Positions 16,601 to 25,600 of a stretch of 60,585 bases of DNA are shown piece after piece. Each line of letters starts with the position of its first letter. Position 1 is the stretch's first letter. A program made the position numbers and the translations under genes. Source of the DNA: a virus; IMG/VR virus record IMGVR_UViG_3300028195_000002. One strand, given 5' to 3'. The notes beneath the pieces are model-generated. The model made no database searches and was not told the origin of the DNA. It saw only the letters and a list, made by a program, of their open reading frames with translations.

Positions 16601-19600
16601 TTGGCAAAAGCCTTAAACGTCTCCAAAAGGGAATGGTCCCCTTCATACCACAAGTCCCTTTGAGCATTAAACTTGTGATCGTTTTGTTTTCTTATTACGT
16701 TCCAAAGGCGCTTGTATGCTCCACCAATCTTCTCAGCATTATACATGGTCGTTTTGAAAATGTGCGCCATGGCGGATATATCTTCATTATAATTTTTACC
16801 CTTGTCTTTTCTGTGTTTGATAAGCCCAGTATAAAGATCCGTGGCTTTTTGGATGAAGGTGTCTTCCTGTTCTTCATATTCTAAGTCTGCTGTGGTTTGG
16901 AATTTTCCCTCTTTAGAACCTTTTTGGGACGCTTCACGCGAAAAAATACCACCGCTTTCAACTTGTCTGGCCATCTTTCTTTCGGTCATGCTGGCTATAT
17001 GGAAAAACCCGTCAATTATGTCTGCAATCTTCTGTAAAATTTTACCGATTGCAGTACCTCGATATTGCTCCCGGTCTTCAAGGAGTTGCGCCAGGGCATT
17101 GACCCTGTTTTCCTCTTTATCCTTTCCAAGCTTAAATCTAAGCTGCCCTTTTTTCTTTAATGCTGCAATCTTTCCGTCAAGGACGAATAAATCAGATTGC
17201 GTCAGCATTCCATTGTCAATAAGGAAATGGCCTAACTCATGGTCTCTGGTAAAGTTGCTGGCAAGGTCTTTATTCAGGGTGATCGTATCCCTTTTATGCT
17301 TACCTAGAATAATGCCATCCTTGCCCATTCTGCCGGTTTCAATGGCAAACTGTGTATCGCCTTTGCCCATATCATTTGTGCGGACAATACGCAGGCCATG
17401 GCCATTTTTAAGGCGAATTGATATCTGCCCGTCTTTGGATATAAAAACTTTTTGGCCTTTAAAGCGGGATTGAATATCTTTTAAGCTCACGCCCTGGCCG
17501 GGGAGTTGATCTGTGGAGAAAACAGACGTATCTACTTGTCCTTTCTTTTTATCATAAATGGAAGAATCAACCCATATGTCATCACCCGGGACGTAAGATA
17601 TTGCACCTTCATCCTCCAGCCTCCGCCACATTTTTGTGGGGATCTTCCTGCCGGTCCAATTAGCGTTTCCTTTATTGTCAATATATGCAAGTCCACTTTC
17701 TTGGTCCCGGATACCCTCAAGAATCTCTTTCCTGGAAAGGGGTTTTATATCATCGGATGTGGAGAGTTTTGTAGGAGTGTCGTTGTCTTCTGTATCAGCT
17801 TCTCCTATCCCCAATTCTTCGGGAGAGACTTCTTTGCCTTCGTCTTCAAGCTCTTTTTCCAAGGAGCGCAACTCTTCATGCTTTTCATTCAGCTCTCTAA
17901 GATTTTCAAAGGGAAGCCCTATAAGTTTTTGGGCACGTTCGTTTTCTTCTGTCTTGTCCTTGATCTGCCTTTCCATCGTGGAAATTGCAGAGGGTATCCT
18001 GTTTAACATATTTAAAGATTTGGTAGCGATATTGGAATCATCAAAATATTCATTAAACCTGCCCTCATAAATTCTGGATTCACCAATTATATCAGAGAAC
18101 CCGTTCACAATTCCGAGACTGGCTGTCATTTGAAATTCTTGCCATCCCTTTTCAATGACAACGATAATTTTTGCACCATTGATATCTGCTATTTCTACCT
18201 TTTTGGCCGCCTTAAATTTCCCATCTTTCGTCATGACCGCTTTTTTAACGGCGACTTTTAAGGCCTGGTTAAAATCTTTTTTATTGTCAAATTTCTTTTT
18301 ACCAATGGTGGCATCAAGTTTTGATATGTATTCTGGAAATTTTTCTTGAGCTTTTTGAAGGGTCTTTAAACGTTTTTCATACCGCTCTATATCCCACCCA
18401 TTATCTTTTATGGACCTGGCTATTACCCCCTGATTCCGTCTATGTGCAACTGAAAGAGTTTCGAGCCTTTTCACATCTGCCTGGAGGCCAACCATTTGGA
18501 TTAATCTTTGATCACCCGAAGCTAATGCCGAGGCCATGGCATACTGTGAAGTTTTTGAAACATCCTCTATGGTTCTGACTCCCTTTTCTCCTGCCCAAGC
18601 CTGCTCAATAAATCTGGATTTTCTGGCGACCATTTGCCACATAGTAGAGTCATAACTACCCTCTGTCGCATACCATTTTATAGATACTTCTTCATTCTGA
18701 TTGCCCTGTCTGACAATGCGACCTTGTGGTTGTTCAACGTCTGCCGGGAACCATGGCGGATCAAGATAATGAAGATTCGTTAATCGTGTCTGAGCATTAA
18801 CACCCGTCCCCATTTTTTTTGCAGATCCAAGCATGATTCTCTTTTTGCCTTCCCTGACAGCCTTAAAAAGCCCCTGTTTTTTTTCTGCGGTATTATAATC
18901 GTCAATCCATGCGACATGGCTTCCAGGTATTCCAGCCTCAGTGAATCTTTTTGTTGCCCAGGCCCTGGCATTAAATCCCCTGGTTGCTGCAACATTCTTC
19001 CCAAACCCGACATTATAAAAACAAATAATCCCACCGCCAGGAACAATAGATTTTTTTTCTGACCCGGGGAGAAGGTATTGATTATCTTTTGTCTCTTTGT
19101 ATGATTTGATAATGTCATCAATATATTTATTAAGCTTGCTGTCCGGGTTACTCTTTGCCCCATTCTCCACAAACCGGATATCAATTGCCGCCAGCCTGCC
19201 GTCTGTGATTATATTGATAAGAGGGTCAGGATTGCCGGGTTGTTCTTTTGACGGTTTCCATTTTCGACTTGTTTCTATCCTTGGTTGCAAAACATTTGTC
19301 TGGTATTCTAATAATTCCGGCGTTTTTGATGTCGCCACTATCTCAGGGGAACCGCCTTTAATTTTTGGTCTTTTTACCCTTGTGCCAAGTTGCTTACTTG
19401 TCAGGACATCCGTGAATCGTCTTACTCTGGACATCATTTCCGGAATATTCACAAACTTTGAAAACCTTTCAACTACTTCATATCTACCTGCCGAATTCAT
19501 TTCATAGTCAGATGCCACCAGACCGAACATGCTGGCCCATGCGTCAAAATGCTCAAGCCCGTCACTATCAAGCCCGTTGCGATCGAAAAACCTGTTTATG

Positions 19601-22600
19601 GTATACATTTCACCAATTGTATTTACAATCGGTGTGCCAGAGGCAAACACATGGGACCGATCTTTATTTATGCTTGAAAGCCAAAGGGTCTTAATATAAA
19701 GATCAATGGCCTTTTTTGATCCATTGGTATCTATGCCCTTTACCCGACGGTTTGTTGCAAAATCAAGCTTCCTGAATTCATGTGCTTCATCCACAAACAA
19801 AAAGTCTATACCCATATCTTCAAAGGAAACGACATCATCCCCTTCTCCTATCAGAGAATCAAACCTTTGTTCCGCCTTTTCGATCATTGATTCCATTTTC
19901 TTTATTTTCATTCTTGGAGCATCTTCGTCCTGCATAGTTTCAAGGGCATACTCCATATTGCCGATAAATTCTTTTCGGACAGGTTTGATATTCTCTTCGT
20001 TTGATTTGATAAGATTGAAAGAAGAGTGTGTCATGATGACGGCATCAGGACTATTTAATGTTGCCTGGGAAACAAAGTTTTTTCTATTCTCTTTTTTAAA
20101 ATCCACTTCATCTGCCACCATAATATTAGCCATGGGATAAAGCTCCTGGAATTCCTGCGAAAACTGCCCAAGCATATGGTTAGGTACAACATACATAGGC
20201 TTCCTAACCATCCCTAAGCGTTTCATTTCCATTCCGGCAGCTATCATAGTAAATGTCTTTCCTGACCCGACTGCATGGTTCAAGTATGTATTGCCGGATT
20301 GAATGATTCTCCAAATAGCATCTTTTTGGTGTTGATAAAGAGATATTTTTGTCGTGACCCCGGGCAAGGTTAAATGAGAGCCATCGAACTTCCGTGGGGC
20401 CAGGTTGTTATATTTTCTATTGTATAAGTCAAGGAGCTCTGTTGATCGTTCCATATCGCGCCATACCCATGAAGAAAATTCTTTTCTCATTTTGCTGGCT
20501 TTTTCGTTGGCTTCAGTAGTTGCCTCTTGGTCGACGATTGTTCTTTTCCCGCCATCCGCCGTTTCAATAGCTGCAGTGATCCGGATAGGGTTATTATTGA
20601 CAACGGCCATAAGAATTTCGTTCTTTCCTCTAGCGGTTGTGCTCCAATCGTCAGACGCACTTCTTAACCCCTGGGCTGCCCCTCTGTAATCTAAACCCCA
20701 TGTACCGATTCTTTTGTCATATGACAAATTAGCGGACCTTATACCTAATACGTCCCTGGCAAATTCATTATAGTATTTGGAAGGTATCCATGTCCCACCC
20801 ATCATGACGGAAATATCGCTTGATGATAACGGGTCCGGCTGAACGGCCTTTAATGCTTTTACATTCCTTTGGTATTCAGGGTCCAGTTTCACTGCAAGAG
20901 TTGCCTCTTCAAGCTTTGTGACGACATCCCCAGATAAATATTCATCAGCAAGGACATATTCCTCGTTATCGGGGGCTTTATATATCAGGTCCCCAAGGAC
21001 TTCTAATGTTTCTTTTGCAGGCTTGCCGGCCAATTCCGCAACATGGTCAAGATCAAGGTGCCCTATGCTGTTCAAGGACACTGCAAGGGCATCCGGCACT
21101 GTTTTGATTTTTGGAGTAACTGGCCGCATGATGGTCCGGTCCTTGAGGATGGACGATTTTACAATATTCCCATCATCAAGAATCTTTTCAAGCTGCCATA
21201 CGAGGGTGTATTCTGCGTCATGCCTAAGCGTACTCTTTTTCTTATATCGACGTTCTTCAACCTTCTCTTTAGTGCCATCCTCATTTTTAACCGTTTTCCA
21301 TGCGGAATTATATGCATGAATATTCCCATGTTTTTTAACAAATTTTTTGTATTCCCCTTGAAGATCCTTTAGGGCCGCTTTCCAATCGCCATCGTTTAGC
21401 TGTGCATGATGAGAAAGTTTGATTTTGTCCCTTAACCCGATACAATCTTTAAGCATTACAGCGTCCCGTGCTGATATTTTTTTACGGGAACTTAATGCAA
21501 CGCCTGATCCAAAATTAACCTGCATAAGAGTTTTGTCATCTTTTCCGATATACAGGCCACCTTCTTTTTTGTTCTTTGGATTAAAATCCCTCTCTATTAT
21601 TTCCTTGGCATCGTGGACGGCTTTTTCTTTTGCAGTGGTAGCAGAATAAATTTTCTTTGGAAGTCTTTTTATTGCCTTCCCGAAATGGTCTTCGATATCT
21701 CCATCCAAAGGCATAACCGTATATTCATTTTTGGAATACATTTTCCCGGCCAATGAATTTTGCCCCAGGACCATCTCAGGGTGTTTCTTGAAATATTCAT
21801 TAATCTGGACATCTTTATCATTCCCAAGAGAATCTTTTAATGTTATTCCTGTGGTCCCTGCCCATGCTTCTCCGGATGGTTTTGTGTTTTTCTCTCTTTT
21901 CTTTAAAAACAAGACATCGGTAACGACGTCGGTCCCGGCATTCTTCTTAAAGGCTGTCTGTGGCAACCGGATTGCGCCCACAAGATCTGCACGATCCGTC
22001 ATATACTTTCTTGCCCTGTCATTGACCGCATCCATTGTATATCTACTGGTGACAAAAACAAGCAATCCTCCCGGACGAACCCGGTCAATTGCTTTTGCAA
22101 AAAAATAATTATGGAGAGAAAAAGAATGTTTTCTATATTCCGGGTCCGCAAGAATGGGGATACTGCCAAAGGGTGGATTGCCTATAGCAGCATCAAAGAA
22201 GTTTTTAGGAAGAGACTGTTTGGTAAAATCTGCCTGCATAATATTCTGATTCGGATAAAGCAGCTTTGCAATGCCAGCAGAAACGTGATCCATTTCAATG
22301 CCGGTATATTTTGAATACTTTCTCATTTTTTCAGGGAGAAGACCCACAAAATTACCGACACCCATACCAGGCTCAAGGATTTTGCCACCCTTAAAGCCCA
22401 TGTCATTAAGAGCTTTATAAATAGATGTTATAACTTTTTCGCTTGTGTAATGGGCGTATTGTGTGCTTTTCGCTGCGGTTTTGATCTCTTCCGGCGTAAG
22501 AAGTTTGGTCAACCGGGTAACTGAATCTTTCCACTCATAACTTGCCCAATTTGGCAAAACTTCTTTTTGTTGGGCATACCCAGGAAACATATTGTTGGCA

Positions 22601-25600
22601 AGTTCTGACGAACCCCACCCAACATATTGAGCAAGAATTTTTTGTTCGTTCTGTGTGGCAAATCTCTTTTCTTCTACAATTTTTTTATACAGGGCTATGG
22701 CAGCGAGGTTGCTTTCAGCCGTTTTTTTCCAGCCTCCGGAACGATCTATGCTTCCGGGCTCGATTCGGTGATCTCTTCCTCGTCGCTGAATTCCAGATGG
22801 TTTGCCAGAACTTCCTCCCACGCCTGGTGTAGCCCCGTCTCCATCGCCTGTACTGCGCTTTGAAGATTTTCGTTTTCCGGTGGATTTGTCCTGCACGTCA
22901 TCAACACTTGATCGCTCACCTGATCGTAATCCTCCATCAACGCTTTTTCCGTCTGCGTCAAGAATTGATTCAGGCCCATTGTTTTCTTTAGCTGCAGGAA
23001 CGTCTTCGGCGCTTTTGCTTCCAGGGCTTGAGATATCATCTTCTTTCTTTGATCCTGATACACTTGCCCTTCTACTGTTATCGGCATTACCATTTTCTAT
23101 GTCCTCCTTGGTTTTAACTCCATCATATTCCTCGGTTACTTCTTCGTCAACCCATCTGTGAAAATAAGGGGTCGCTTTATGAGAAAGATTTTCAATTGCC
23201 ACTGCCACAAATTCAGCAATTGATTTGCCCGTATCCTTGGCATGACCCCATGCTGAATTCAGCCGGTCCTTGACCTGGGCATAAATATTTTCATCCAGTT
23301 CCTCGGTAGAAAAAGAACCCCTTTCCCCAAAAAGGGCATTGATGGCCTTGAAATCATCCATCATCTTCCCGGCGCTTTCTTTTATTTTATCCTTGGCCGC
23401 CTTTATTTTCTCTTTATCTTTCTGGGCCTGGGCCTGCTTGTCCCATTCTGCTTTCAGCTTTTCTTTTGTAGTGGGTTTCTTCTCGGGCTCTGATTTTGCC
23501 TGGGGTTCGGGTTGGATGTCTCCGACGGTTTCCTTTATATCTTCATTTATTTGATTTTCTTCTGCATCAAGAGCCTCGACACCGGTGGTCTCATCTATCA
23601 AAGAAACAAGCCCGTCCCGATCAGTCCACGCCTCTTTGGCTTTTTTATAATCAATCCGCCCGCCATCTATAAGCCTTGCTGCATATTCCCTTGCTTTTAT
23701 AAGGTTTCCTCTCCAATCGGAAGGCGGTTCATAACTATCGACAAAGCCATCGATTTCTTCTGAAGTTAACATCTCATAGCTTTTCTTTTCAAAAAGGGTG
23801 TCAAGAGAATCAAATGTCGAAACCCCGCCGGGGACAAGCCTTCCCTTTTGATGAACAATAATGCCGGGGGAAGCTTCATAAGACCTCATGCCATCTTTAT
23901 CTTGATATACGTTTTCGCCGTCTTTATTTTTTCCGACAAGAGAGGTTGTGTCTTTTGGTATCCCCTTGTTGCTTTTGGGTTCGGTCCCTTTCTGTTCTTC
24001 CTCAATACGGTCATATTCGGCTTGAACATTTTTATTATAATCAGGGTCAGCAAGCTTGGTTTCTTCTTTTTTTGCCTGATCTAACATCTGAAAGGCTTCA
24101 TTTTTATATTGAGGAGTGACGCCTGAAACGTCGATATCATACTTTTTGAATTCTGTAATTTCTTCGGCTTTAAAAAGGGCCTCGCCTTTGGCTTCTGGTT
24201 TTTTCTTTTTATCATCAGCAAAAAAAGAATCCATTGCATCAAGCATTTCTTCTTTTGTCTGCTCAGGCTCTTCCTTCTTCACAAAAGGCTCTTTAATCAG
24301 AGTCTCCCGCCCGGTATCATCTTTTTTGACCCGCCAGTTTTTCCCCTCTTTTTTCACAATGGTTCCAGATTGAACACCTTTTGTTTTGGTATCCCAGGAA
24401 ACGGCCTGGCCAACTTGAAAGCCGTCAACCTTTTTATCCGGACTATGGGCATCAAGGGGTTTAGAGTTTTTAAAAGAACCATCAAGGCCGCCGGCCAATG
24501 GCTTTTTAGTCCTCTTTCCGTCTTTGACCCAACCCCTGAAAGTCTCTGTATCCATTTCAGTGATTTCCCCAAAACCATTCCAGCCCTTCTCATAATTGGA
24601 CAGATACAAGTCTTTGGCTTCTTTGGCTGATTCAGTCCCCATTATGACTTTATGCTCATCAAACTGGCCCTGCTCATTCACCTGATCTACAACGAACACC
24701 TTGGGGCTTGTTTCTGTTTTCGGCTTTACAACAACGTCAACTTGATCACCATCTTTCCCAAGAGTTCTTTTGAAATATCCATAGTGGCCGTGCATTTTGG
24801 ATTCCCACTTTTTGCCGGATTTGTTTGTCCCTTTTCTTACAGATCCATCCGGGTTTTCAATGGAGATATCAAAGTTATCTATCTTAATATGGACTTTCTT
24901 GTAATTCCCGGCTTCTTTCTGTGCATCTGTCGGATCTGTCTCGACCTCTTCTGGGGATACCTCATGTTCAGGACCAGGCTCCTTGGGTTCCGGTTTCTTT
25001 CTTTGCTGGATGATAATGCCTTCGTCTGTTTTTATTGCTCTATGTTCTACGTCAACAAACCCTTCGTCCATTTTTTTGGCTTCTTGCTTTCCACCACCCA
25101 GTGTGGTTTTTTCTGATACGGCAAGAGACGCCCATTCTCCACTATCAAACAAGGCTTTTTGCTTTTTATCATATCTGCCCCAATCTTCGCCTCTTTTCGA
25201 TACTTTTTGAGTAGCAGGAGTAGTCCTTTCTTCTTTTCCCTCTATATCGGCCTGTTTTGGGCTCATAAAAGGATCGTCTTGACCCACCATTGCGTTTATG
25301 GCATCAATCTCGTTTTGTTGATCAATCTCGCCTTGCGCGATAATATGGGCTTGTTCTTCTTCCGATATCTCCCTTATTGGTTCCTGAGGTATGGATTGTG
25401 TTTCTACATGGGGCGCTTCTGGTTTTTTCTGAACAGGCGGCATAAAGGCATTAAGATTTTTTACGGACTTGTCCTCGATATCCCCGAGTTCTTTTTTTGT
25501 ATCTTTTGCCAAAACATTGAAAGCATTTTTTAATCTCGGATCATCGGCTTGGACTTCTTCTTCCTCAACAATGGGAATACTACCCCCAGGTTCATCGTCT

